DNA of 64,000 nucleotides. Origin: a virus. The stretch spans positions 1 to 64,000 of the IMG/VR virus record IMGVR_UViG_3300047170_000049. The stretch is one strand, 5' to 3'. This document shows, piece after piece, positions 28,046 through 37,224 of this stretch. Numbering within the stretch: position 1 is the stretch's first letter; each line of letters starts with the position of its first letter. The translations under genes were made by a program, and so were the position numbers. The notes below the pieces were generated by a model. The model was given only the letters and a program-made list of their open reading frames with translations, did not search any database and had not been told where the DNA came from.

Positions 28046-28276
28046 ATGAAAATTGGTCGTATCAAAGAAGACCTGGTACACGGCAGATGGGCCGTTTTCA
28101 ACGCAGGTCAGATTGTTGTAATTAATGCTGGCGAAGGTGTGCCTAAAGACCAATACAGCGTGACCATTTTCAAACCCAAAGAAGGTTCATGGGGCCATAC
28201 TAGCAATGTAGAAAGAAAAAATGTTGAAGTGCTTAGTGGGGATGCGAAAAGATTATTCTATCTTCTCTTTCGCTGA
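28046..28276 (+). CDS. LLYG-tail family protein
   Basis: FNAGQIVV; ends SGDAKRLFYLLFR. Confidence 0.8.
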   Translation: MKIGRIKEDLVHGRWAVFNAGQIVVINAGEGVPKDQYSVTIFKPKEGSWGHTSNVERKNVEVLSGDAKRLFYLLFR

Positions 28277-28642
28277 GGCATTTACGTTAACTTTTACGTC
28301 CACGTTAGATTTTCCATGGTCATGGCCTTCTTCGTTATCTCCGCTAAAGTCTTTAGAAGCGATAATTGAGCCGTTCTTACCATTCTGAAACCCACGACCC
28401 CAGTATAAAGCAGCACAGGCATAGAACAAGCTTTGCGCTTGGTTTATGTCGATGCCATCTAGGGCTTTAGACCACTTACCAATAACTCCGACAACGCAGA
28501 GATTGAAGCTAATCCACATCATCGTGTAAGAAACGCTACCACGGCCACTCTTAGGGTCGGTCAGCAATGGCAAAGGAATACCTTTGCGATTCATCTTGGT
28601 AACAAATTCCTTATATTTTAAAGTTAAGTCATCTATGGTCAT
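28253..28642 (-). CDS. holin-like membrane protein
   Basis: Two hydrophobic segments, charged C-terminus, own copy of the late-promoter motif. Confidence 0.5.
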   Translation of the reverse strand: MTIDDLTLKYKEFVTKMNRKGIPLPLLTDPKSGRGSVSYTMMWISFNLCVVGVIGKWSKALDGIDINQAQSLFYACAALYWGRGFQNGKNGSIIASKDFSGDNEEGHDHGKSNVDVKVNVNASAKEKIE

Positions 28643-28651
28643 ATATTCTTA

Positions 28652-28677
28652 ATTAAGATTTTCATGTAACATAATGG
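28652..28677 (-). promoter_or_regulatory. putative phage late promoter
   Basis: CCA-ttatg-TTA-catga-AAATCTTAAT, 9 nt before the ATG. Confidence 0.7.
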
Positions 28678-28723
28678 AATTATTGAGATTTATAGCTACA
28701 GGTAAAATTATTGTGCAGCGTCC

Positions 28724-28751
28724 TAAAGTTTCTCAAATGAGACTCCGAATA
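28724..28751 (+). promoter_or_regulatory. sigma28-type promoter
   Basis: TAAAGTTT-N12-TCCGAATA. Confidence 0.55.
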
Positions 28752-28861
28752 GATGAATGTAGGACGTATTTGTTCGACTGTGGCTCATGCGTGTGCCAAT
28801 AGCCCTGCAAATATTTACCTGCGTGAAAATTTAATCGAATTAACCTATAAAGGAGATTTTT

Positions 28862-29146
28862 ATGGAAAGTCAATACTTTATCACGCCTCATGCTGCCCAA
28901 CAGTTTCTCAGTCGATTTAATGACGCAATTAAGCCATTTAAAAACGCAAAGCCATTAGACTTCTTTAAAGAAGCCGTTAAAATCACTGTAAAGGCCGAGA
29001 ACCGTAATTGGATTGATTACCACTACAATGTGCGTATTAACGCCGTATTCGTCTCAGACCGCATTACAAAGACTATAATCACTACCTTCATACCTAAAGA
29101 CGAAATTAAGTATGCTGAAGCAATTTTTTTGAAGAAAGCAGCGTGA
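28862..29146 (+). CDS. hypothetical protein, possibly RelE/DUF4258-like fold
   Basis: AAGGAG SD; ITPHAAQQF...TIITTF pattern. Confidence 0.6.
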   Translation: MESQYFITPHAAQQFLSRFNDAIKPFKNAKPLDFFKEAVKITVKAENRNWIDYHYNVRINAVFVSDRITKTIITTFIPKDEIKYAEAIFLKKAA

Positions 29147-29418
29147 GGTGTGATATGGTAGCAATAGTGGGAGTTCTTACGTTCTTAAGTTTCTTATTTC
29201 TTAAAAAGTCCCGTCGGGAAGTTGATATTCAAGCCCGATATACGCACTTAGCGCTTTTTAGGAGATACGGACATAAGCATTATAAAGAGCCTATGTTCTT
29301 AAATCCACTAACTAAGAACGTGAACGACGTTGACACTTATTATTTTCATACCAAGGACTTGGGGCCTGAAAATCATATCTGGGACTCAAACCTTAAAAGA
29401 GGCTGGTTAAAAAAGTGA
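29143..29418 (+). CDS. hypothetical protein with N-terminal TM
   Basis: Hydrophobic N-terminus; operon spacing. Confidence 0.55.
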   Translation: MRCDMVAIVGVLTFLSFLFLKKSRREVDIQARYTHLALFRRYGHKHYKEPMFLNPLTKNVNDVDTYYFHTKDLGPENHIWDSNLKRGWLKK

Positions 29419-29642
29419 AGGCTATAAAATACTTCAACGTCTACAATGGCAATTTAAGTACGGCTCTTTGGGGTGAACTTTGCTTCGTGGAGAAAGATGC
29501 CACGCCAGTTTCTTCAGTCAATGACCGCACGGTAACTGGACCATTTGATAGTATTAAAGAAGCCCAGGAATCATTTTCCAAATATGAAAAGACTAAGAAA
29601 TACTTTCTTTTTACCGAACAGGTAGTGTTTAATTTAAAATGA
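29415..29642 (+). CDS. hypothetical protein
   Basis: GTGA overlap. Confidence 0.6.
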   Translation: MKAIKYFNVYNGNLSTALWGELCFVEKDATPVSSVNDRTVTGPFDSIKEAQESFSKYEKTKKYFLFTEQVVFNLK

Positions 29643-29661
29643 TGCAACAAAGGAGCACTAC

Positions 29662-30141
29662 ATGAACATTATTTTCTTAGATTTTGACGGAGTTTTGAAT
29701 TCTGCCCAGTCCAGTGTGTTTTGGAGTAAACAAGGCCACCCATATGGTCTAGTTAATAACAAGGTCCGTGGCTATAACCGCTTTTGCCCTATAGCGATGT
29801 CCAACTTGAATTACATCTTGGAGGCGTCACCTGAGACCAACGTTGTGATTTCATCTTCATGGCGCTTAGGTAATACGTTTGAAGAGTTAAAAATCATACT
29901 CACAGAGAATGGCTTTGCTCACCCTGACAGGCTTATAGGGGTCACCCCACACTTGCCAGGTAAGATTCGTGGCAATGAGATTGACCAGTGGTTCACAGAT
30001 ACAGACCTAGACGTTAGTAAGTACGTCATCATTGATGATGATTCAGACATGGGCGATATGACCAAATACTTAGTGCAGACCCATTACGGGGTTGGACTAT
30101 CCTGGGTTGAAATTGAGAAAGTGTTGGAATTACTAAAATGA
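29662..30141 (+). CDS. HAD-superfamily phosphatase (Swiss-army-knife RNA-repair type)
   Basis: FLDFDGVLN, VISSSWR, RGNEI, YVIIDD. Confidence 0.9.
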   Translation: MNIIFLDFDGVLNSAQSSVFWSKQGHPYGLVNNKVRGYNRFCPIAMSNLNYILEASPETNVVISSSWRLGNTFEELKIILTENGFAHPDRLIGVTPHLPGKIRGNEIDQWFTDTDLDVSKYVIIDDDSDMGDMTKYLVQTHYGVGLSWVEIEKVLELLK

Positions 30142-30356
30142 TTGAAGCATACACTGGGTACGAATTGTCACAATATGAAGACGGTAAACCCCGTGTGTGC
30201 AACTTCCAAGCTGGCATGTTTTGGTGCCAGCATAGGACATTATTTGAAGTATTCAGACCTGAGCATGGTGGCATGGGTTGGATATGCGAGAACTGTAAAC
30301 ATTTTCACCCCAGTAAAGAAGCTTATTTAAAGAATCTTTTATTTAATAAGGAGTAG
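30138..30356 (+). CDS. Zn-binding hypothetical protein, possible divergent LLYG-tail member
   Basis: C, CQH and CENC residues; ends KEAYLKNLLFNKE. Confidence 0.65.
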   Translation: MIEAYTGYELSQYEDGKPRVCNFQAGMFWCQHRTLFEVFRPEHGGMGWICENCKHFHPSKEAYLKNLLFNKE

Positions 30357-30360
30357 CCAC

Positions 30361-30591
30361 ATGGCCGCCAAAAAGAAAGCATTATCTAACGAAGAAAAGC
30401 TTGAGCTAAAAATTGAAGAACTTGAGTCTACCATTTCAGATTTACGAGATGAGCTAGCTGACATGGAAGAGCGTCTTTACGCCGAAGAAGACAAGGTTCA
30501 GGATTTGGAGATTGAGCTTGAAGAGACCCAATCAAAGTTGCAAGATAAAGAAGACGACGAAGAAGAGGAAGACTATGACGAAGGGTTCTGA
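30361..30591 (+). CDS. very acidic coiled-coil protein
   Basis: AAGGAG SD; heptad Leu pattern, strongly D/E-rich. Confidence 0.75.
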   Translation: MAAKKKALSNEEKLELKIEELESTISDLRDELADMEERLYAEEDKVQDLEIELEETQSKLQDKEDDEEEEDYDEGF

Positions 30592-30772
30592 TTTCTTCCG
30601 AGTACCAATGATTATCATTGCTATTGCGGCAGGGTTCGTCTTGCCGCAAATTTGGCCCGAAGCTGATGTGATGTTTATTTTAGAAGTGGGTGGGATTGTT
30701 TCTTTGAGCTTTGCGGCTCTATTTGGAATCTTAAACGTCTACTTGAACAAACGATGCAAACGGTTAGATTAA
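30575..30772 (+). CDS. small two-TM membrane protein
   Basis: MTKGSDFF...; two hydrophobic helices. Confidence 0.55.
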   Translation: MTKGSDFFRVPMIIIAIAAGFVLPQIWPEADVMFILEVGGIVSLSFAALFGILNVYLNKRCKRLD

Positions 30773-31279
30773 ACGCTTAAATCCCTTAGATTCTAGAAAA
30801 TTGTAATCGTCTATTGGCATTGCTGTAGCTGGGTCGTAAACATCACCCAATTGGAAAATATCTTCCATTATATAATCAACTAGTTCAGAGCACACCATTG
30901 TCTTTTGGCCATCAGCAAATGGGTTAGTTATCTTCTTACCAAAGAATCGTGCCACCAATACGCAGCCAATTCCAACTATGTTCATAACTCCGTAAGGGGT
31001 GCCGAGTTTATTTTGAGCCCATTGAATGGTCTTAAGCTTGGTGTCATCTGATACTGGAATTTCAAATTCAGCTTTAATATCTTCCACCGTATCGAAGTTA
31101 TCGGCAGTAATCATGTTCACTAGGCGACCAGATGCTTGATAGATAATCCACTTATTGGTGTATGTGTCGTAATAGCGAATGTAGGCATGTGAAAATGAGC
31201 TTTTACCTACAGTGCGAATCAACAAAGAAAACAAGTTAAAGCTTTTAGGAGTTGAGAATCCTACTATGATTGTATCCAT
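30764..31279 (-). CDS. permuted papain-like (YiiX/YaeF, NlpC/P60 superfamily) enzyme
   Basis: FSHAYI (His first), GTPYG, VCSELV (Cys last). Confidence 0.8.
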   Translation of the reverse strand: MDTIIVGFSTPKSFNLFSLLIRTVGKSSFSHAYIRYYDTYTNKWIIYQASGRLVNMITADNFDTVEDIKAEFEIPVSDDTKLKTIQWAQNKLGTPYGVMNIVGIGCVLVARFFGKKITNPFADGQKTMVCSELVDYIMEDIFQLGDVYDPATAMPIDDYNFLESKGFKRLI

Positions 31280-31827
31280 TATGAACCTGGATTTGGGGTT
31301 AGAGGGATACCGAGATATGTTTGAATCTTGTTTAAATAGGTGTACATTATGTCATTTGTTAAGAATGGAGATAGGGCAGCTTTTGCATCAGAAGTATCCG
31401 CTATGAGATTATTAATTTCTTGAATTCCAGCGTACAAAGAACCTGCAGATAGGTAATTATAGAGATTTGCCAAATAATTGGATACTGGAATTGTCTGGCC
31501 AGCTTGAGTGATTCCAGCTAATACATTTTGTGCTGCATATTCCAGAAGTAGGCTATTGCCAAAATTTTGTGCATTACTAATTGAGCGTTGAATAATTGTT
31601 TCAATTGGTAGGGAATTTACATAAGCTGATAAAATTGAATTTAAAGTGGTTTGGTCTTCTGAGGATAGGGCGTCTTGAAACCAACACAAGACGGACATGG
31701 TTGGACCGCTACCATCTCTTTCTATGTAAACTAATGTAGTAGCAATATTGCTAGCTTGAATTGAAGCAAATAGAATTTCTGGATAATCAACCTGTTGTGT
31801 AAATGAATAGCTAGTCATTGTTGCCAT
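31279..31827 (-). CDS. hypothetical late protein (fibre-associated)
   Basis: TAATG-coupled in the fibre-like operon. Confidence 0.65.
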   Translation of the reverse strand: MATMTSYSFTQQVDYPEILFASIQASNIATTLVYIERDGSGPTMSVLCWFQDALSSEDQTTLNSILSAYVNSLPIETIIQRSISNAQNFGNSLLLEYAAQNVLAGITQAGQTIPVSNYLANLYNYLSAGSLYAGIQEINNLIADTSDAKAALSPFLTNDIMYTYLNKIQTYLGIPLTPNPGS

Positions 31828-32300
31828 TATGCTATCCTAACGACATCAAAGGTTAAACCAGTGACTGTCACGGTTCCTGCACTTGTTACTGAACTGATTG
31901 CAATTGCTTGACTTCCGTTTACCGTTACAATTTTATTTGTAGCTAAAGACATACTTTGAAACGTCGCCAGAGCAGCACTTGAAAATGGCGTTGCGCTTCT
32001 CTTGGTATCTGCTTGAGCAGTTCCACCAACAGTCATAGTAACGCTTAACGTGTTTCCACCAGCACTTGATGCAGTGATATTGCAGCTAAAAATAACTAAA
32101 TACGTGCCAGCCGCTGGCGTTACCGTTGCACCGCCTATTACGCCTGCAGTCGTGCTTACAGTCAAAGCAGAGGTGCTGTTAACTTCATTGTTGGTTAAGC
32201 CTTGAGCAACAGCATTTCCAGCGGAATTAACGGAAAGGGGTGCTCCAGCGGTAGCGCCAAAGATGTATTGACCTACAAATATTGTAGAGCCTTTAATCAT
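31827..32300 (-). CDS. virion beta-sandwich protein
   Basis: Ala/Thr/Gly/Ser-rich; TPAAGTYLVIFS. Confidence 0.65.
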   Translation of the reverse strand: MIKGSTIFVGQYIFGATAGAPLSVNSAGNAVAQGLTNNEVNSTSALTVSTTAGVIGGATVTPAAGTYLVIFSCNITASSAGGNTLSVTMTVGGTAQADTKRSATPFSSAALATFQSMSLATNKIVTVNGSQAIAISSVTSAGTVTVTGLTFDVVRIA

Positions 32301-34609
32301 TAGGTTAACTCCTGAATGCCTATATATGCAGCCGTTCCAGAAGTGATGGCGTAAATAGCTCCAGTAGAAAAAGAATATTCATCCATCCAAAACTTTTCGC
32401 CAGGGAATAAAGTTATACCCAATTGGTATCCCGCTGCATTTCCATTAAAACCTAAAGATATTTGTTGTGCAGTTGTATTGCTTAGATACAAACCTTTTCG
32501 GTTTGCGTTTGCGCCTAAGATTAAAGTTGATGTGGTACCGACCGATGCCGTAGTTGGTGCTGAAAAAGTTCTTGGCACTTTTGTAGACATCAATTGTGCG
32601 CCATTGCCGTCTGAATTTAAAGCATTTCCAGAAGAATCAAGTATTTTGGTCGAAATATAACCGTTTGAATCAACCGTTAGTTTTCTCCAGGGATATGTGC
32701 CGTCAGCAATTTCTGAATTTGCACCACTGGTATCTCCCAAAAAAACACCGTTATTTGTCAGCAATCCACTACTAGAAGGCGCACTAGAACCAGCAATGGC
32801 AAGCATAGTAATAGGCAGATTATTTGCCGTTGGACCTGTAAGTCCTGTGCGCATTGTAGCCACAACGTTATTTAATTCGTCTATGGCCCAAAAAGCTAAA
32901 TCGCCCCTAAAAAATACATAATATTTGTGTGCAAGGTTATCGGTAGGCTGTGCATTATTGCCAGAAGTTGAAAGGTCTTGAATTACATTTCTAGTTCCTG
33001 TAGAGTAGGTTACAGCATACATCTTTCCAGTTGTAGAAATTTCATAACCAATTCCGTTGGTAATTGGAGATGCTGCGGTAGGAGTAGCTGGCAGGTTTGC
33101 CATACCCCAAAACCTATAAGCGTTATTAATAACTGGAAACTCTACATTGATATCTGTCATGCTGGCTAAAAAGCCAGGAGACGTTTGTTTAAAAACTGCT
33201 TGAGTCTGTAAATAAGAATAACCGTTGGCAGTTGTGCCTGTCCCAAGCTGAGTATATCCTAGAGTACCAGTTGTGGCTGCAGAGCCACCACCAGCGGCTA
33301 CGGGCGTATTCCATCTATTCGTAGTATCAAGACCAACGTCAAAAGAATCAAAAAACAATTGTTTAGCAATGGCACCCATCGGACTTGTTTCCATGAGGGC
33401 AACTGCCATGTTTCCATATTGAGTTAATGCGCGTGGGGTAGCAGTGCCTTGTGGAATAAGTCTCGTTTGTACTCTTAAAAAAGTAGTAGAAAGAATTCCA
33501 GTATTGGTTATTAAAACTCTGTAATAAGTAGCTGCAGTATCAAAAGTTCTAGCGTCGGCAACGTTTGAGAAAGTGTAATACGTGTCTTTTATGTCCCAGT
33601 TTGTACCGTCAGGAGATTGTTGAACCTGTACAGTACATGGCTGGTCCGCAGATACAAGCACATCAATTAAACCCTCTGTGGGTGTGGTCTCTATTGTGCC
33701 TGTAAACGATGCACCGGCGGCAAGGTTTGTAGTGGTACTATTATTAGTTGACGTAATTATGCTTTGAACTGAACTAACTCTTAGATATTGATTACCATTA
33801 GTTGCTGTGTCAGAACCAATTGCGTTACCAGAACCATCAGAAAGCCAAGCAGATGTAAGGTTATTTGCAGCTACTAAGGAAATAGGCTGAACGGCAAAAA
33901 CTGAAGTAGATGCACGAATATTTACGTTTGCAGTGCCAGAAGTATAAGATGTAAATTGAATGGTAATACTTGCACTTGTTGGGAATCCAACTAATCTGTA
34001 GTTGCCATTTGTCGTTATATTTTGTTGCAGAACAGAGTTCAATAAGGGCTGGATGTAAAGTTGTTTTGAATCAAAAGGATTCTGGGCCAAGGCTGTTATG
34101 GTGCCGACCCATGTACCACCAATGTCAATGTTTATCGTACTAGTGCCATTAAGATTTGGTAACGTGACTACAGATGATAAGCTAGTTAAGGTTCCAGTAA
34201 TGTTAACATCGCTTGGACCAACTGTTTGACCGATATTAATGGTATTACTACCAGCACTGGAATTCCATGCGATAGCCGCTGTACCTGAAGTGTAAGCTGT
34301 CATTGCCAATCGAACTGATTGATAACCACCACAAGGTATTGTTAAAACTGTATTTGCAGTTAAGGTGCTAGTGGCCTGACCAGTAGTAAGAGAGTATGCT
34401 GTTAATGAGTTCCAGTTACCGTCGGCACTTAAGCATTGGATTGATAAAGTCCCAACCCAAGTACCAGTAATACTAAATATTACGGTAGAACAGCCGTTTG
34501 TGACCGCTGCAACGTTACCGTTAAGGGCAGCTATTGTGCCCGAACCACTTACGTCATAGTCGGCAACTGCTTGTGCTGGTGCATTATATGCTGTAGCGTC
34601 ACCTGACAT
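32300..34609 (-). CDS. multidomain fibre / receptor-binding-like virion protein
   Basis: Tandem beta-sandwich repeats (GTWVGT...YTSGTA twice), QQSPDGTNWD module, lectin-like segment. Confidence 0.65.
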   Translation of the reverse strand: MSGDATAYNAPAQAVADYDVSGSGTIAALNGNVAAVTNGCSTVIFSITGTWVGTLSIQCLSADGNWNSLTAYSLTTGQATSTLTANTVLTIPCGGYQSVRLAMTAYTSGTAAIAWNSSAGSNTINIGQTVGPSDVNITGTLTSLSSVVTLPNLNGTSTINIDIGGTWVGTITALAQNPFDSKQLYIQPLLNSVLQQNITTNGNYRLVGFPTSASITIQFTSYTSGTANVNIRASTSVFAVQPISLVAANNLTSAWLSDGSGNAIGSDTATNGNQYLRVSSVQSIITSTNNSTTTNLAAGASFTGTIETTPTEGLIDVLVSADQPCTVQVQQSPDGTNWDIKDTYYTFSNVADARTFDTAATYYRVLITNTGILSTTFLRVQTRLIPQGTATPRALTQYGNMAVALMETSPMGAIAKQLFFDSFDVGLDTTNRWNTPVAAGGGSAATTGTLGYTQLGTGTTANGYSYLQTQAVFKQTSPGFLASMTDINVEFPVINNAYRFWGMANLPATPTAASPITNGIGYEISTTGKMYAVTYSTGTRNVIQDLSTSGNNAQPTDNLAHKYYVFFRGDLAFWAIDELNNVVATMRTGLTGPTANNLPITMLAIAGSSAPSSSGLLTNNGVFLGDTSGANSEIADGTYPWRKLTVDSNGYISTKILDSSGNALNSDGNGAQLMSTKVPRTFSAPTTASVGTTSTLILGANANRKGLYLSNTTAQQISLGFNGNAAGYQLGITLFPGEKFWMDEYSFSTGAIYAITSGTAAYIGIQELT

Positions 34610-34620
34610 TTAAACCTCAA

Positions 34621-35730
34621 TTAGGAAATTTGATTGCCTTCTACAGTTGCGTAGACGTTGAACACTTGAATTGGGTCTTCATTGGTGATGATGACGTTCA
34701 CTGTTCCAGCGGCTGCGATAGTAGGAGGTGCTGTGACCGTTAGGTCGATATTGGGATTAGAAGCTGAGTTGAATGCCACGAAAAGATTAGTAGAACCGTT
34801 TTGAACTACAGCTTTGATTGCTCCACGAGCACTTACGAAAACCCTTTCTAGAGAGAATGTGTGTCCAGTGGGCACGGTGTAAGTCAACGTTACGGAAGCT
34901 CCAACAGCTAAGTTAGCTGAAGTCAATGCGTTTTGAATTGGTGTGCCGACTGAGCCAGTGGTGATGGTAACTGGAACAGGATTTGAAACAGTGACGGCAG
35001 CATTCGCAACTTGTAAATTGGCAAGAACACTACCTAAAGCATTTGTGCCTGCAGGAAGTGGGCTGTTTGGTGATAGAGCCACAACTTCTGCAGCTTGAGT
35101 TGCGCCTGCAGCGGTGGAAGCTGGAGCAACTGCCACGGTATTTGTACCATCAGTTATTTTGACTGAACCGATGGTATTCGTACCAGCATTTAAGCCGACA
35201 GTACCGATTGAGTTTGTACCAGTAGGTACGGGTGAGTTAGGGCTTAATGCAACTACTTCGGCGGGTTGAGTTGCCGTTGCAGCGGTTGATGCTGGAGTCA
35301 CGCCAGCAACGTTAGTGCCGTCCGTGATTTCAACTTTACCGATAATATTTGTACCTGCAGGGAGTGCGGTAGCAATGTTTGTTTTTAAGTTACCTACGGC
35401 ATCTAATTGAAGAGCCGCTTGCTGAAGATTTGTAAGGGTGATACCTGCAGAGTTGTATTGGCCGCCAGAAAGCATCGACTTCGTGGCTGCAGTTCCAGGT
35501 TGAACTGAACCGTCGGATATGTCTTGTGTAACCCAAGGTGATGTGGATTGAATGACGGTAACGATGTCCGCTGCAGTTAATGCACGAATTTGACGTGGGT
35601 CAATTTGAACACCACCAACGTCAATACCAACGTCTAGTGCTCTTTGCGCTCCGTTTACCTGAGATGTGACGCCGTTGTCACTTGAATCATATAAACTTAT
35701 TGGCTGAAAGCCACCTGCATCACCACTCAT
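34621..35730 (-). CDS. fibrous virion protein with internal repeats
   Basis: GTNxIGxV repeats and a duplicated ITDGTN...EVVALSPNSP block. Confidence 0.7.
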   Translation of the reverse strand: MSGDAGGFQPISLYDSSDNGVTSQVNGAQRALDVGIDVGGVQIDPRQIRALTAADIVTVIQSTSPWVTQDISDGSVQPGTAATKSMLSGGQYNSAGITLTNLQQAALQLDAVGNLKTNIATALPAGTNIIGKVEITDGTNVAGVTPASTAATATQPAEVVALSPNSPVPTGTNSIGTVGLNAGTNTIGSVKITDGTNTVAVAPASTAAGATQAAEVVALSPNSPLPAGTNALGSVLANLQVANAAVTVSNPVPVTITTGSVGTPIQNALTSANLAVGASVTLTYTVPTGHTFSLERVFVSARGAIKAVVQNGSTNLFVAFNSASNPNIDLTVTAPPTIAAAGTVNVIITNEDPIQVFNVYATVEGNQIS

Positions 35731-35742
35731 TACTAATACCCC

Positions 35743-35952
35743 TTATTTTCCTTGTAATTTCAAAGCTTTTTCAGCTTCTGCAATTTTAATTTCTAACTCA
35801 GCTTCCGTTGCAAGTTGAACGTCGATAGTCTTTTGAATTCGAGCAATTTCGTCTTTTCGTTCGTCTTGGGTTAATTCCATACCCATACGAGCCGCTGCAA
35901 CTTGAGCTTTTTGGACTTTTAATTTTTTTAGGTCTAATTCTGTAACTGCCAT
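35743..35952 (-). CDS. small coiled-coil protein
   Basis: First gene after a late-promoter motif. Confidence 0.7.
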   Translation of the reverse strand: MAVTELDLKKLKVQKAQVAAARMGMELTQDERKDEIARIQKTIDVQLATEAELEIKIAEAEKALKLQGK

Positions 35953-35972
35953 ATATAGCCTCTGTGATTATA

Positions 35973-35998
35973 ATTAAGATTTTAACCTAACTATGTGA
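35973..35998 (-). promoter_or_regulatory. putative phage late promoter
   Basis: TCA-catag-TTA-ggtta-AAATCTTAAT. Confidence 0.75.
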
Positions 35999-36009
35999 AA
36001 TAACTGCTT

Positions 36010-36891
36010 TTATTCTGTCACTTCCACTGCTTGGATTCTTGCTTCAAAGTCTGCAGCACTTGGCCTATTGTGTATTACCCAAACCTGGACCACATCTTCT
36101 GGATTTAAACTCAAGCCACGGGTCGGTTCGTCCGATATGAATTCAGACACAGCATTGAAATCACCCCAATAGGTACGCTTTCTAGCTGAAACCACTGAGT
36201 TAATTTGAATATCGAAGGTAGCGACGTTTTCGCCGCTCATCTCTATTCTTTGCAAATAAGAATTTGTAACGGCCATTGGTACGGTATATGTAGCTACCAA
36301 TGTAGAGATGCCTGAAGGTACGGAGGTAATCTCATTAAACACTGACTTTATGACTTCAACGCCACCAGTGCCAGTTTGAGTAATAACGTTGATTGACCCA
36401 TCGGCATTGACTTTGACTTCATTACCCGACCCGTCACCTGAAGCAATTTTAACCACGTTAGGGAAAGATGATGTGAAGGCGACTGGAAGTGGGTTTGAGT
36501 TAGAATAGCCATTACCAAAGAAATCGACGTTGAATGTGCGAATGGCTACCGTAGGGTCGCGTTGATAGACGGCTTTGATGATTTCATCAGGTGGAGGGCC
36601 GCTAGGCTTGACTTGCATCGCAGCCGATAAGATGGCGTTATCACTGACTAAGTAGGCGCTAACATCAACGGGTGGGGCATTAATGCCTTTACCAATGGGG
36701 CCTACGACTAATTCTGTGGAGCTTAAAACGTATTTGACTTCGACTGAAAGGTTAGGTTGGGTGTTGGACGTAAGTAAGACTAGTGACTTATTGAAAAGAC
36801 CAGTAGTATCGGCTACTTCTATGATACCTTGTACTGTCCCGTTGGCAGTAAAAGGTTCTCTTACCGCTTCCCAGCTTTTCTCTAAAGCCAT
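36010..36891 (-). CDS. virion structural protein
   Basis: YSNSNPLPV, VNADGSINV and ATYTVP motifs typical of fibre-type proteins. Confidence 0.65.
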   Translation of the reverse strand: MALEKSWEAVREPFTANGTVQGIIEVADTTGLFNKSLVLLTSNTQPNLSVEVKYVLSSTELVVGPIGKGINAPPVDVSAYLVSDNAILSAAMQVKPSGPPPDEIIKAVYQRDPTVAIRTFNVDFFGNGYSNSNPLPVAFTSSFPNVVKIASGDGSGNEVKVNADGSINVITQTGTGGVEVIKSVFNEITSVPSGISTLVATYTVPMAVTNSYLQRIEMSGENVATFDIQINSVVSARKRTYWGDFNAVSEFISDEPTRGLSLNPEDVVQVWVIHNRPSAADFEARIQAVEVTE

Positions 36892-36942
36892 TTATTCACC
36901 ATGTCCCAAACACCACTACCCATGTAGAGGCTTACCTAATGT

Positions 36943-36968
36943 ATTAAGATTTTCGTCTAAGGACCTGA
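36943..36968 (-). promoter_or_regulatory. putative phage late promoter
   Basis: TCA-ggtcc-TTA-gacga-AAATCTTAAT. Confidence 0.75.
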
Positions 36969-37035
36969 TTTTATTAAAGAATTAACTGTATTAGTTTTAT
37001 ATTTTTATTTTCCTATTTTCCTTAACATTGGTGAT

Positions 37036-37224
37036 ATGTATATGGTGAGGGAGAAACAAATGACGATTGATAATAAAACTAAGATTGAGCGTTTGAAAGT
37101 AACCTTGGCCCTTTGTGAGATAGCCCTGGAAGAGGGCTGGGATGTAATGAGCGAACAAATTAAACGTATGAAAGCGGAGATGAAAGTTCTTGTTGGCAAA
37201 AAGACTAAGCGTAAGAATTCTTAA
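37036..37224 (+). CDS. small hypothetical protein
   Basis: GAGGGAG SD before an internal ATG near 37060. Confidence 0.55.
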   Translation: MYMVREKQMTIDNKTKIERLKVTLALCEIALEEGWDVMSEQIKRMKAEMKVLVGKKTKRKNS

